Positions 35,301 to 48,600 of a DNA stretch of 64,000 nt are shown one piece after another; the first letter of the stretch is position 1, and each line of letters opens with the position of its first letter. Origin of the DNA: Azolla caroliniana. Its lineage: Eukaryota; Plantae; Polypodiophyta. The stretch spans positions 3,286,001 to 3,350,000 of the forward strand of contig JBHGNT010000003.1 in the NCBI GenBank assembly GCA_043228905.1, written 5' to 3'. The notes below the pieces were generated by a model. That model made no database searches. It worked only from the letters and a program-made list of their open reading frames with translations, and had not been told where the DNA came from. The translations under genes were made by a program, and so were the position numbers.

Positions 35301-37762
35301 TCTTGTAGAAGTCCATGGACATCAGGTTTATTTCCGAACCGTGGTCCACCAGTGCCACCACCGGTTCCTGAACATCTCCGATCTTCACCGGGGTCTCCGT
35401 GGTCGCTCGGGCCTAGTGTGGCCTCGAATAGTGGCTCTCCGCCCACTCATCTTCCAGCGCCATGTTGTCGATGTGCGTCGTTCGCACCTCCACCGGCCTT
35501 TCCGGTTCTGTCTCCGTCGACAGCCTCTTCCGCTTTACGAAGTCCACAATGGAGTCGTGGAACTCCTTCTTGGCGATCCCTAGCACCTCCCGCAATGACA
35601 GCTCCACTTTGCTGTCGAGGATCCGTTCTTCTAGGACCTTTTGCAGGTCCGTGGCCCTTTCTATTTCAGTCCCCACTCGGTATCCGCCCTTCCTGGGGTT
35701 ATCTTGCGCGCTGGATCCATCGGCTTCGTTCCGTCGTTGCCCGAATCGGGTCTCATATCGTTGTGAGGGCCCGGCCGCTCCGGCTTTCCCCACTCGTTTG
35801 TCTTCTACCAGAGCCTCGTAGTTCTAGCAGGCGGCTTCTAAGAAGCCCGTCTTCTCCTCGACCGGGTCGCTCCACCCGGTTATTTCCCGGACCCGTCTCT
35901 CAGCGCGGTCCGCTTCATCTTTCCTTAGCCGTGCGCCAGCGAGGCCTTCCAGCATCTGACCAGGATCCGGCTTTGCTCTCCTTTCGGGCCTCGTTGCCCC
36001 CGACCCGAATACCGGCCGACGCCGAGTAGTGGACGGTCTCCACGTGTCGGGCCGATGCCTCTTCCATCAGTCTCTTCATTCCTCCTCGCCCGTCGTTTCG
36101 GTTTAGGGCCCTTCTGGTGTCACTGGCGTGCACCCGGCCTTCCCACATGTACACCACCGAGTTCTTCAACGCCTCTGCGAAATCGCCGCAGTCCTTATGA
36201 ATGTGGCCGACCTCGTCGCACCACATGCACCTGTTCCCTGCTGCCAGCTGTCGGTCACGAGCCGGTTCGTCGCCTTCCCTTCGAGCCTGGGCGATCTGGA
36301 GTTCCTTTATCACCCGCGTCAACTCCTCCAGCGCCGCTCCTCCAGACGAGCCATTGACCACGCCGTTCGAAGCCGAACCGGTTTCGAGCCACTCCCGGGT
36401 GTTTTCCCTTCGCCCTTGCGGTGCCGGTTCAAGCCTCCTTGCTGTGACAGAGCCCGCACCGGCCGCCCCGTTATCAGCCCATTCTCGCCGTTTGTCGAAA
36501 CGGCCACAGACTCTCTTAATCGTAGCCCAGTCGGTCGTCAGCCCGTCTTCGGTTTCCAGCAAGGAGCCGACTTGATCCCGGCCCCGCTCGTTCACCGACT
36601 TCACGAATAGTAGGACCCGGCTCGTGTCTAGAATGGTTCGGTCAAGCGCTGAAAGGCGCGCAAAACGTTCTTCAAACTCCCGGAGGAGTGCCAACGCGTT
36701 TCTTCCCTTGCTGGGGGCCTCCATCCATTCCATGAAGTCTCTTTTCGAAAGCCGGAGCGCGTCGTCCAACCCGTATTTTTCTAGGAGTCGGCCTTCGAAC
36801 TCCTCCCAGGTACGGCTCTCCGCCCGCACCTCGAGCACCTCTGCATGGATGCTCGGCATCGCCACTCGAGGGAACCCAGCAAGACGCCTCTCTTCAGGAA
36901 TGTCCCGCATCAGCATTTCTGCCCCGTAGGACGCCAAATACTTCGTGGCATCCTTTCCGCTTAACCGGCCGATCGTACCGACAACCGCCTCAATGGCTCT
37001 GTCGAGGGCATCGGTGCCCTCGCGTGTGCTCAATATCCAATCCACGGCCGAAGCCATGGCCTCTGCAAGATCCGACCCCCTGATCTTCAGCTCTTCTGCC
37101 GCCTCTTTCACGTCGGGTTCACCAAGATGTCGAGGTATTCCTCGCGGACGCGTGGAATGAGGCGGGACCTCGGGGGTGGTCTTGCACCGAAAAGCAAGAG
37201 AGAAAGGAGAAGGGAAGGGACCCACTACGTGCGAGCGTAGATTCACAGGGACACGGCCCTTCGACACAAAGACGCGAGTGGGACACCGACACGGAGGGAC
37301 ACGAACGTCTGTATATATATATATTAACAAAGACAAGCAACAAGAAGCACGAAGTCGGTTACAACTGAACAGGCCGGCGAACAGATGCCGTTGCCTGTTC
37401 GGAAACGCACAGAAAGAAAGGAGTAGGTTGCCGAAACGCACAGAAAAGAGCAACGCGAGCCTGCCGAAACCTGCACAGAAAGAAGCTACGGGGTTTGGAA
37501 GAGAGAGAAGCCTTCTGCCCACAACCCGCCAGCACTTCGTCCCCTCTCCCTCGACAATCCCTTTCCTCCTCCTCATCTCCCTCCTTTTATAGGCAAGAAA
37601 GGAGCCGTTTCCCATTAACTTCCTACCTACCGGATCTACCTACCTAGGATCTTTTATGTACCTAATTCTCTCTTACGTACAACATAAGGCATATGTGCAT
37701 GAAGAGCCGGTTCCTACGCTCTGGTGCACCGATTCCGCTTGTGGATGGTTTTCTTCACGACA
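32309..37762 (-). mobile_element. Non-chromovirus gypsy F2: 5' LTR 37128-37762, tRNA-Trp PBS, gag-PR, pol truncated in the integrase
   Basis: TGTCGTGAAG...CTCGACA LTR; CMWCDEVGHIHKDC; ALVDHGSEIN; FLDD. Confidence 0.9.
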
Positions 37763-40583
37763 ACGTAAACCGTGTCCTCGGTTCTTTATGCGGGGACAGC
37801 ACAACCGAGTCTCCACTACTCGTCGGCTCTTCATTTGGTTGCCCATCTCGGCACAACCCCTCATTCGGCCCGCTTAGCCGAAATGAGATTTCGACTGACA
37901 CAAACTTCCTTCGTTCGGGGGTTATAGCACTTATAACCCTTCTTTTCGTCTGAGTAGCCAACCAAGATGCACTTTTTGGCTTTGGCATCCAGCTTCCTCT
38001 GCTTCTCCTTCGGCACATACACATACACGATGCTGCCGAAAACCCTCAAGTGTGCCAAGTTTGGCTTCTTTCCGAAGTACAACTCATGTGGCAACACTCC
38101 TCCATTAGCAGAAGTCTGATTCTACAAGTAAATAGCCGTTCTCACGGCTTCGGCCAATAAAATTTCAGCATATGCTTCTCTTCGAGCATTGCCATGGCTG
38201 CTTCTTCAAGTGTCTGATTCTTCCTCTAGGCCACGTTGTTCTGCTGTGGCGTGTATCTACACGAGAATTCGCGTCGAATTCCTCCTTCTGTAGATAACTC
38301 GTGAACTGGTCGGAGAAGTACTCCTTCCTACCATCGGACCGTAGGAACTTGATCTTATGCCCAGTTTCCCTTTCTACAAGGCTCTTGACCTTCAGGAAAC
38401 ACGTGAACACTTGGCTCTTTTTCACGATCAAGCACACCCAGGTGTGCCGAGTGAAGTCATTGATGAAGGTTGCAAAGTAACAGCTTCCTCTGATGCTCAC
38501 ATTCTGTGCCGGTCCCCACTCATTCGAATGGATTAAATCGAGCAGATTTCGGCTTTGATTACGCTCGTTGAGGAATGGAAGTCGGTGCTGCTTCCCGAGT
38601 TGATAGGCTTCGCCGACTTGGCCATTCCGACCACGAAATTTCGGCAATCCGAAAACAATGTTCTTCGTCTGCATTTCACAAAGCCGTGAGATGTTAACAT
38701 GGCCAAACCGCTTGTGCCACAGGTCAATGTCTGACTCGACCTTCTGTCCTTTCGCAAATAACACGGTTCCGGCTTGATTGGTGTCGAGAATAAACATCCT
38801 CCCTTCATGGCGCCCTTGCGCAATAACTTTGCGTTCTTCTTCAATGTAGCACCTGAGATGCGTGAATCAAACTTGCATCCCTTGGTTAACGATCTATCTG
38901 ACCGACACCAGGTTCTTGGTTATTGTCAGAACATGCAACACATTCAAGAGATTCCCTTTCTACCGGACGTGACTAAGGGGAACTTCGCCGACATGTTCGA
39001 TGGTATGCAGAGTGTCGTCTCCAGTTTCGACCACTCCTTGCTTTTCTGGCTTCTACAAGTACAAGAACCATTCCTCGTGACTCGTCATATGATTTGATGC
39101 TCTGGAATCAACATACCACACCTCATTTTCCCTCGAGGTGTTCACGGCCATCGAATTGTCTTTGTGCTTCATTTCGAAGACTGGGCCTGATCCATTTTCA
39201 ACTCGTTCAGAGCCCTCGGCGTAGTGCGATTTCTGACGCCTTGCTGCATCTCCTTAGCTCAATCCGGCTTTGTCGGAATCGGCTCGTTTCTTCCAACACT
39301 CGCTCTCCTTGTGGCCTTTCTTGCCATAGTACCAACATTCCGTTGTAGCCTTCCCTTGCCGGCTTCCAGCACCGCCATGACTCCCCCTACTTCCGGAGTG
39401 TTCGGAACTGCTTCCGACATTTTGATTATGCTGCACGTTTTGCTCTTTTCAGCCGCGTCCATTGTGTGCCCACCCGCCACGACCACAGGGGCTTATCTTC
39501 CTCCATGTACAACATCTTGTTGTCGGCGTGCGTACTCGTCGACGCACCTGCGTGATTTTCCTCTACGAACAACATCGACTGAAGCTCGAAGAATGATGGC
39601 GTATTCTCCCTTGTGCAGACTGCCATTCTGAACACTCTGAACTTGGACGCTAGCCTTCCAAAGGCACACCTGCACCATTTCATCTTCCTCGATGTTCATG
39701 TTGACGAATGCGAGGGAATCATAGATTTCCTTGATTCGGACCGTGTAATCGGCCACAGACAAATCTTTCTATCGGACATTGTTGAGCTCCTGTCTGAGCT
39801 GCAACTTCCTGACCAGTGTGCTCGTGGAGAAAATCCTCTTGAGATTCGCCCACGTGTCCTTTGGCATCTTGGCATCCCAAATGTAGCTCAAGAGTTGATT
39901 GCTCACACAGGACGCGAAGCAGTAAAGAACTCTACTTGCCGCTTGTTCCCAAACCAAAAAATCTCTATGTGTCGATTCGGGTGATGTATCATTAGCTCCT
40001 TCGACATAACTCCAGTAACCATAACCGAGTACGTACTGGTGCATCTTGTAAGACCAAGATGCGTAGTTGCTCCTGTTGAGCTTCTCAGTCGGTAGTGAGC
40101 TTCCCATTCAGCTGTCCATATTGTTGTCTTATCCTTTCTGAAAAGAAACAAGAGAAAATGCTTGACTCTATTATTATCGCAAGTTTTCTTGTCGACTACA
40201 AAGGAGTCTCAACCCTTGCGCTCTAATACCATGAAAAGGAATACGTGTGCGGAAGCGTATGCATAAAACACATAGTACACGGTTCAGAAGTATGATAGTT
40301 CGGTAAAATGCAGAAATCACAAAGAAGGAGGGGGAGAGATAGAGAGAGAGAGTAGAACAAACAGTATTCAAAAAGTTTCTATACATACTTCGTGCTAAGT
40401 GAGCACCTTTTATACAAGCCCTTACTATTGGGCTGACACAAGTAATGACAATACTTGACCGCTCATAAATGAGCATCCTACACTTACTCCCAATATTATT
40501 CCTTATGAGGAATAACATTCTAACGGCCTCTCAGTTTACGCACTACTACGGCCATGTTGTGCATACGGCTTTACGCACCCAAT
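37763..40583 (-). mobile_element. Degenerate copia H (family of element E): LTR 40232-40583, PBS 40220-40231, gag-PR-IN
   Basis: MGSSLPTEKLNRSNYASWSYKM; homologous to 11072-13090 and 18258-18750. Confidence 0.9.
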
Positions 40584-41397
40584 TGTTGGCATAAAAGGTT
40601 GACTCCTTCACCTTGTATCCGTCCGAGTGTGAACTCGCTAATAAGTTAGGGCTTAGTATATAAGAGAATACCTAACATTGTAATGAGTGACGAAGAGAAA
40701 AGTTGAATTCTAATCTCTGAGTGAGAGAGCGTGTTGTGCAGAAATAATCGAAGCTTTCCATTGAAGCTCACATCTATGTAAGTCTCTGCCGACTATACAT
40801 TTTCTGTGTGTTGTTTGATGTGCATAATGAATATAGATCCAAACATATACGTTTCCGCATAAGAGCGCCACATCCCCGGCAACAAGTGGTATCAGAGCGA
40901 GCTTTGTTGTGTGGCGGCAATAGAAAACAGAAGAAGAAGCTGAGAGAAAAGACCAAGTCAGAAATTTTCGAACTCATAGAAAGAACATGGCTTCAACATC
41001 CGGAACAGGAGTTGAAATCAAAAAGTTCGACGGCAAAATTTTTGCCCTGTGGAAGGAGATGATGCAGGATGTGCTGATCGTCAAAAGGCAGGTCGAAGCC
41101 ATTCGACACAATGAAAAGCTTGAATCAATGAAAGCAGAAGAGTGGAGGTCATTGGACGAGATAGCAAGATCCACCATCTGAATGCATCTAGCTGAGAACG
41201 TCTACTTCAGCATGGCAAAAGAGACAACAATGTTCTCATTGTGGGAGAAGCTACAGGCCGTTTATGAGAAGAAGTCCTCATCTTCAAAGCTCATCTTGAT
41301 CAAACAATTGTTCAACATGAAGATGAAAGAGACCAATCCAGTGACCTCCCACATCAACACCTTCAGCCGAGTGTTGTCAGAGCTCTCGTCCTAAGGG
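40584..41397 (+). mobile_element. 5' stub of another copia: 301-bp LTR 40584-40884, PBS 40887-40898, gag N-terminus
   Basis: TGTTG...CAACA; TGGTATCAGAGC; IKKFDGKIFALWK. Confidence 0.85.
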
Positions 41398-44300
41398 AAC
41401 AACCATGTCAGAGGCATTAGCAAGATGCTCGGCAGGCTCCCATGTTCGATCATTAGGTGTATAACCTAACCAATCAACCAAATAATATAGTTTGTTGCGG
41501 ATGATCTTGGAGTCGAGAATAGCAGCAACCTCATATTCAGAGCCATTGGAAACTTCGATTGGAGGTGGGGGAGGTGTAAGATGACCCGGAATAGAGCTTG
41601 TTGTGTAGGGCTCCAAAAGTGAAACATGGAAGACCGGGTGAAGACGCATATGAGGAGGGAGATCAAGACGAAATGTCACATCATTGATCTTACCAGAGAT
41701 CACATATGGGCCGAAACGTTGATAATCCAATTTGTAGCAAGGTCGAGTTGTTTTAATGCTATACACGATCTCCTACTTGAAACGTAGTCGATGAATCACG
41801 CCGATGACGATCAACAATCTTCTTTTGAGTGTTTTGGGCATCACATAAATGAAGCAAAAGTATATCTTGAATTTCTTGGAGTCGAGTGAGCCGATCTTCA
41901 GCAGACGGGTTTTTCGGGAGTTCGGGATGTTCAAGCATCGTCCAACGAGGATGGTACCCAATGTTATCAAAAAATGGGGAATAGCCAGTAGAAGAATGTT
42001 CAGAGTTGTTGTAAGCAAATTCCACCAAATGTAATAAATCCACCCAATCATCTTGTTGATAGTTGACAAAACAACGTAGATATTGTTCGACTGTTTGGTT
42101 GGTGCGCTCACTCTGCCCATTAGTCTCTGGATGGTAGCCGGAAGAGAGTTTACAAGAAGTATGTAAGAGTTTGAACATGTGCCGCCAAAATTTCGAGATG
42201 AATTCGGACCCCGATCACTGATAATATCATCCGGAAGACCATGATGGCGAAACACCTCCCGCATGAGTAAATCGGCTGTCTCTTGACTAGTAATGGTCTT
42301 CGTGCATGGAAGGAAATGCGCCATCTTTGTAAAACGATCGACTACCGTGAGAATAGAATCAAATCCCTTGGAAGGTGGAAGATCCGTAATAAAGTCCAAG
42401 GAAATAGATTTCCATGGGCTCTCTAGAATAAGCATTGGCTGTAATAGGCCATATGGATGATGTCGAGGCTTTTTTGATCGGCAACATGTATCACAACTAC
42501 GAACATAATCCGTAACAAAATGGCGAAGCCGTGGCCACCAATATCGGCGAGAAATCAACTCAAAAGTCTTGTGGATACAGAAATGTCCAGCCATTGGGGT
42601 GTCATGACATTGTTGCACAACTTTGAGTCGAGAAGGACCGTCAAGCACATACAAGAGAGTTTGTTGAAAAAGCAAACCATCATGCCAATTGAACTGGGTG
42701 TAGTCTAGACGAGGATTTTTAGATTGAGAGCTGGAAGCACGATCTCGGATAATATGACTCAAAACCTCTTGGGTGAATGCATCTGTCGCAATCTGCTCCC
42801 AAATGGAATCAAGAAGCCTCGAATCTCCTGGTGTGTTGATAGTATGTATTGCCATTACTCGTAGACGATCAGGACCTAAGAGGATTTGCTTTTGACTTTC
42901 AAATGCGGCCTCTCCTGGTTGAAGTTCCATATACAAACATCGAGATAAAGCATCTGCTTTTCCTTGTTGCATCCCAGGGCGACATAGAATTACAAAATCA
43001 AAACGAGTTAAGAATTGCGCCCAACGAGCTTGTCGACGATTCAAGACTCGAGCCCTTTGGAAGTATGTTAGATTTTTGTGATCATTGAAGACAATAATCT
43101 GTTGAGAAGAACCCTCCAAAAAATGACGCCATTGTTGAAAAGAATCCACAATGGCAAGAAGCTCTTTGTCATGAATCTCATAGTTGATTTCTGTGGCTTC
43201 AAATTTCCGTGAGTGAAAAGCCACACGGTGCAGTTTGCCATCTTCACCAATCTGGGATAGTACACTTCCGAGTGCGAAATCAGATGCATCAACTTCAAGT
43301 ATAAAGCGCCTCATTGGATTGACATGCATTAAAATTGGTGCAGATGTAAACGCTTGCTTTAAACCCTCAAATGCAGAATTCGCATCTATACCCCATACAA
43401 ATCGTTGATTCTTGCGCATTAGTTGAGTGAGGGGCAATACAATCTTTGAATAATCTTTGATGAACTTGCGATAAAAGTTTGCGAACCCCAAAAAATATTG
43501 TACATCTCGCACAGACTGTGGTGTTTGCCAATCCAAAATTGTTTGAACCTTTGATGGATCCATAGAGATGCCATTTGAAGAGACTATGTACCCCAAAAAT
43601 TCCACTTGACACTGGTTGAAACTACACTTCTCCAATTTTGCATAGAGACCATACTCTCATAACCGTTGCAAAACTTGGCGAACATGTATCTCATGCTCCT
43701 CGTGAGTTTTTAAGTAGATCAAGATATCATCCAAGTAAACTATGATGAAGATATCGAGGAAGTCTCGAAAAATGTCATTCGCCATATGTTGGAAAACTGT
43801 TGGTGCATTCGTGAGACCAAATGGCATCACTGTATATTCAAAATGACCATAGCGAGTGCGGAATGCGGTCTTCCATTCATCCCCAGGACGAATTCGAACA
43901 AGGTTGTAGGCACCTCGAAGATCTAATTTCGTGAAATACTTTGCTCCACTAGGGCGTTCTAGAAGGCTTGAGATCAATGGTAGAGCATATCGGTTTCTAA
44001 TAGTCACTTTATTCAAGCCCCGATAATCCACGACCATACGAAGCATACCATCTTTCTTCTTAATGAAAAAGATGGGTGCACTAGCAAGAGATCTTGAATG
44101 TTGGATAAAACCATTTGTCAGGTTCTCATCTATATATTCTCGAAGAACCTCTAACTCCGTGGGCGAAAGGTTATAAATTGGCCCCCATGGAGGCTCTTTT
44201 CCTGGCTGCAAATCAATTGGGCAATCATAGGGTCGATGCTCTAGTAATCTATTAGCCTTCACCTTATCGAACACATCGGAGAATTCTATGTACTTCTTTG

Positions 44301-45663
44301 GTAATTGGACCCCCAATTCTTGTGAGCTAGATGAGGGAGTTGCCAAAACCGCAAACACCATCATGTCTTCCTTCCTTCCATCCTCTCGTAACTGATGTAT
44401 AGAGATTGTTGAAATCATGTGGGATCCTAGATCCTTTGTTGGAGTTTCAAGAGACTTGGACTGTACTATGACCTCTTAAATAGTTCTTTTTCTCCAATCA
44501 ATAGTTGGGTTATGTAACTCAAACCAAGGAAGACCAAGAACTAGAGAGTGCTCTGGACTACTAATGATGTTGAATGAGATGATACTAGCCAAATTACCTA
44601 GGACTACACGAATTGATTCAGACTCTTCGACTATATCACCTAATGCTATAGGGCGACCATCAATGACTCCTACAGCTACTGGGTTCGGGAGCTTGTTCAA
44701 GATGATGTTTTGGGTCAATGCAAACTCATGATCCATGAAACAAGAATTGGCTCCAGAATCTAGGAGGACAGAGGCTAGGACTCGATGACCTGTAGATGTG
44801 CTAAGCTCGACTTGTGCAAAAAAAACTCTACTAACTTGATTTGATGAAATGGAACCACAACTAGGTACAAACTCTACATATCTAGGATGGTCCAACCAAA
44901 TGGCTCCTTTTTTGGCCGGACTTATTCGTTTAACACATCCTCTAATTGGCTCAAGACATCAAATCTATTCTCATGGCATGGGTTATTAGACTCAGTAGTT
45001 AAGTTATTAGAAGTGATAGTAGAACTCATGGTAGGGTTATCATGTGCACTTACTTGGTAAACTTGTCGTCTGGGTTTATGTGAACAATTCTCAACAATAT
45101 GTGCTGGACCACCACAATAGAGGCATAGGCGATGCGCCCGACGTCGTTGTTTCTCAGCATCTGATAAAGGCCCTCGACATTGTGTTGAATCTATTTCCAT
45201 CGGAGTGGGACCATCCCTCGTAACGGGTCTGGGAACTTGTGGCAGTGTTGCAACTATTGAAGCATACATCTGTTCCGGTTAACGGCATAACATTTGTTGA
45301 CGTTCAGAACGTCGCTCAAATAGGTGATTATCACATCGCACAGCTCGAGTGATTTAGTCTCGACAGTTTGAACCGAATGAGTTGAAACGAATGTATAGAC
45401 AGTTATTTATAGGTCCTTATGGAGTAATCTAGAATGTTCTAGAATATTTTAGATTTTATGATAAGAAATATAATCATGAAATATTAAAGGATGTTCTAGA
45501 ATAATCTAGAATGTTCTAGAATATCCTAATATCTTGTAATAACTAGAAACGTAATTATTATAATCACACAACATATATGTTATTACAATGGTTAAGGGTT
45601 CAACACATAGATCAAGAAGTCGTGGGTTCGATTCTTGATAACCAAAATGTTGTCTTCATGACA
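41398..45663 (-). mobile_element. Chromovirus B2 (close relative of A); 3' LTR missing, 5' region rearranged
   Basis: Gag C-terminus, PR, RT, RH, IN and chromodomain ORF pieces closely similar to A; U3 at ~45379-45663 starting TGTCATGAAGAC. Confidence 0.93.
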
Positions 45664-48600
45664 CCTTGTAAATAACTAGGAGCAAAGATACTAGATGTGA
45701 CACATTGAATATCTTGGAAATCAAAGAGTATCTCTATCCGAAAGGACAGAGAATAAATGGATGAAAACGAGGGTGCAATGGCCTGCCTCGAGCGCCTACA
45801 AAAGGGAAGGAAGAAGGCAGATGAAAATATCATGTTTGAGGAGCGAGGACTGGTGCTGCCGGATTGGGACCAAGCTCTCTCCTCCATCGTTCGTCATTCT
45901 CTGCAGGATTTCGGACTGGGTTGCCTCTGCTTCGTGGACAACCTGTGTGCTTCCGACAAAGGCTCCACAGTGCAGTCGGGGCTATGTGCGTGCGTGAGCA
46001 TCGTGTGTGTGAGTGTTCGCCTGAGTTGGGTCCGTTGTCGGCTTGCCGATTGTAATCGTTATTGATTTGTAATTAAGACTTTGTTCTCTTTCTCCCTCTG
46101 TGTTTCTACAAGCTGGTCTTTCTCTCTCTCTTCTTCTCACGCTCCTTGGTTCAAGGCCCTCGCGGTTCCGCCTCTTTCCACACGCGAAGAGCGTAACAAC
46201 TCGACATATTTGGTGAACCCGACGTGAAACAAGCGGCAAAGGAGTGAAGGATGAGGGGATCCGAGCTTGCTAAAGCTATGGTCATAGCCGTTGACCGGCT
46301 AGTGAGCGCTCGTGAGGGAACGGGTGCCCTCGACAGGGCCATTGAGTCGATCGTCGACACCATAGGTCGATTCGGTGGTCAGAATGCCACGAGCTACTTG
46401 GAGGCCTACCGGGCTGAAATGATCATCAGGGATATCTCGATGAACAGGCCGTTATCCGGTTTCCCTCGGGTGGTGATGTAGAGCATCAACGTAGAGGTGC
46501 TCGAGGTGCTGGCCGGATGCCAGACTTGGGAGGAGTTCGAGCTACGGCTCCTCGAGATGTATGGGTTCAATGACTCGCTTCGACTGTCGAAGCGAGACTT
46601 CATGGCGTGGATTGAGGGCCCTGGGAAGGGGAGGAACACGTCGGCGCTCCCCCAAGAGTTCGAGAAACGGTTCGCATGGCTGTCAACGATGGACCGAACC
46701 GTGCTCGACACAAGCCGAGTCCTACTATTCGTCAAGTCGGTGGACGCCATGGACCGGGAGAAGGTGGGTCTCCTGTTGGAAACGGATGAAGTGCTCACGG
46801 TAGACTGGGCCATGGTAAGGAGGGTCTGCGGTCGTTTCGACAAGCGGCGCGAGTGGAACAACGAGGGCTCGTCGGCGGAAGGCCGGTCCCGGCAAGGGAG
46901 CTCGAGGAGCCGATTTTGGTACTGGCTAGGAAGGAAGAAACTCGGAGTTGGCTTGAGACGGGCTCAGCCCCAAGCAGAGTGGTCAAAGGTCCCTCCGGAG
47001 GCGTGGCTCTAGAAGAGTTGTCGCAAATGGTGCGAAATCTCCAAATCGCACAGGCCCGGAGGGACAGCAGTGAACAGTCTCGTGACCGAAGGCCGCCGGC
47101 GGGGCAACGGTGCATGTGGTGCGACGCGGTCGGCCACATCCGGAAAGAATGCGCGGATTTCGCCGAGGCACTCAGGACCAATGTGGTGTACCTCTGGAAC
47201 GAGCGGGTGCACGCGAGCGAGACCTGGAAAGCCCTAGAGTTGAATACAGGGCGCGGCAGAATGAAGCGGTTGATGGAAGAGGCCGCGACATGACATGCAG
47301 AGGCCGTTAACTACTCGGCATTCGGCGGGAATCCGGGTCGGGGGCGATGAGGCCCTGAAAGCGAAGGACTCCAGATTCTGGCCGCTGGTGCTAGAGGTTC
47401 TCTCCGGAGTACGGCTGAAGAAGGAAGAGGCAGACCACGCGGAACAACGGATCCAGGAGGTTACCGGATGGGACGACCCGGTGGAAGAAAAGACTGGCTT
47501 CGTGGCAGCCACATGCCAGAACTACAAGGTTCGGGTAGAAGACAAGCGCGCGGGAAAGGCCGGAGGGGGCGGCCCCTCGCAGCGGTATGAGACCCGGTTC
47601 GGACCGAAGCCGAATGAGGCTGCCAACGCCAGCGCACCGGAGAAGAAGAAGCAAGCCGGTTTCCGGCTGAGCACCGAAATAGAACGAACAACGGTCCTGG
47701 AAGAGAGAATTCTCGACAGCAAGGTCGAGATGTCATTACGAGAGGTGCTGGGAATTGCCAAGAAGGAGTTCCACGACTCCATCGTGGACTTGGTGAAGCA
47801 GAAGAGGCTCTCGACGGAGCCGGAACCGGAGAGGCCAGTGGAAGTGCAAACGACGCACTTAGAAGAAACAGCCCTAGAGGATAAGTTGGCGGAAAGCCAC
47901 TACGCAAAGCCATTTTGGGCTAGGGCCACTACGGAAACCCCTGTTCGGATCGGCGACGTCCAGGAGCCGGTGGTGGCATTGGTAGACCACGCTTCAAAGA
48001 TCAACCTAATGTCCATGGACATCTATAAAAAGGGGAAATGGCCGATTGTTGAGCGGCAAGCTCAACCGAAGCCGGATCGGCTGAATAAGCCGGAGCTGGT
48101 AAGCAAGACGGATCGGGCGAAACGGATCGGTATGACGATGAGCAACCGAACCAGCAAGCAGTGGAGGCCGGGTGCAATCCATAACCGGAAGTCTAATCAG
48201 AAGCCTAGTATAGGATAGACTACTAGGTAGCTATAGTCTCGTAGTAAGTGTCAGATGCTCGTGTGAGCATTGAAGTACATGGTACTTCTGTCAGTCCCAA
48301 GAGGACTTGTATAAATAGTGCTACTTAGCACAGTGTATATACAGAGTTTTGATATAATTTTGAAATTGCGTTCTGCTCTCTCTGTCTCTCTATCTCTCTC
48401 TCTCTGTGTTGTTCTCTGTTTTACGCTTCCGCAAACACTTATGTTCACATGGTATTAGAGCGTGAGGGTTGAGAACCTCTACTGCAGACATTTACTCTTG
48501 AGAAGAAAACCCTAACAGGTCCAAAACAGACACAGTAGAAGACATGGATAAAGGCATGGCTACGTCGCTCCCGGTGGAGAAGCTCGACAGGAGCAACTAC

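Noticed and set aside
35915-37615. 566-aa novel protein
   Set aside because: The N-terminal third is read-through of LTR and PBS; the rest is gag
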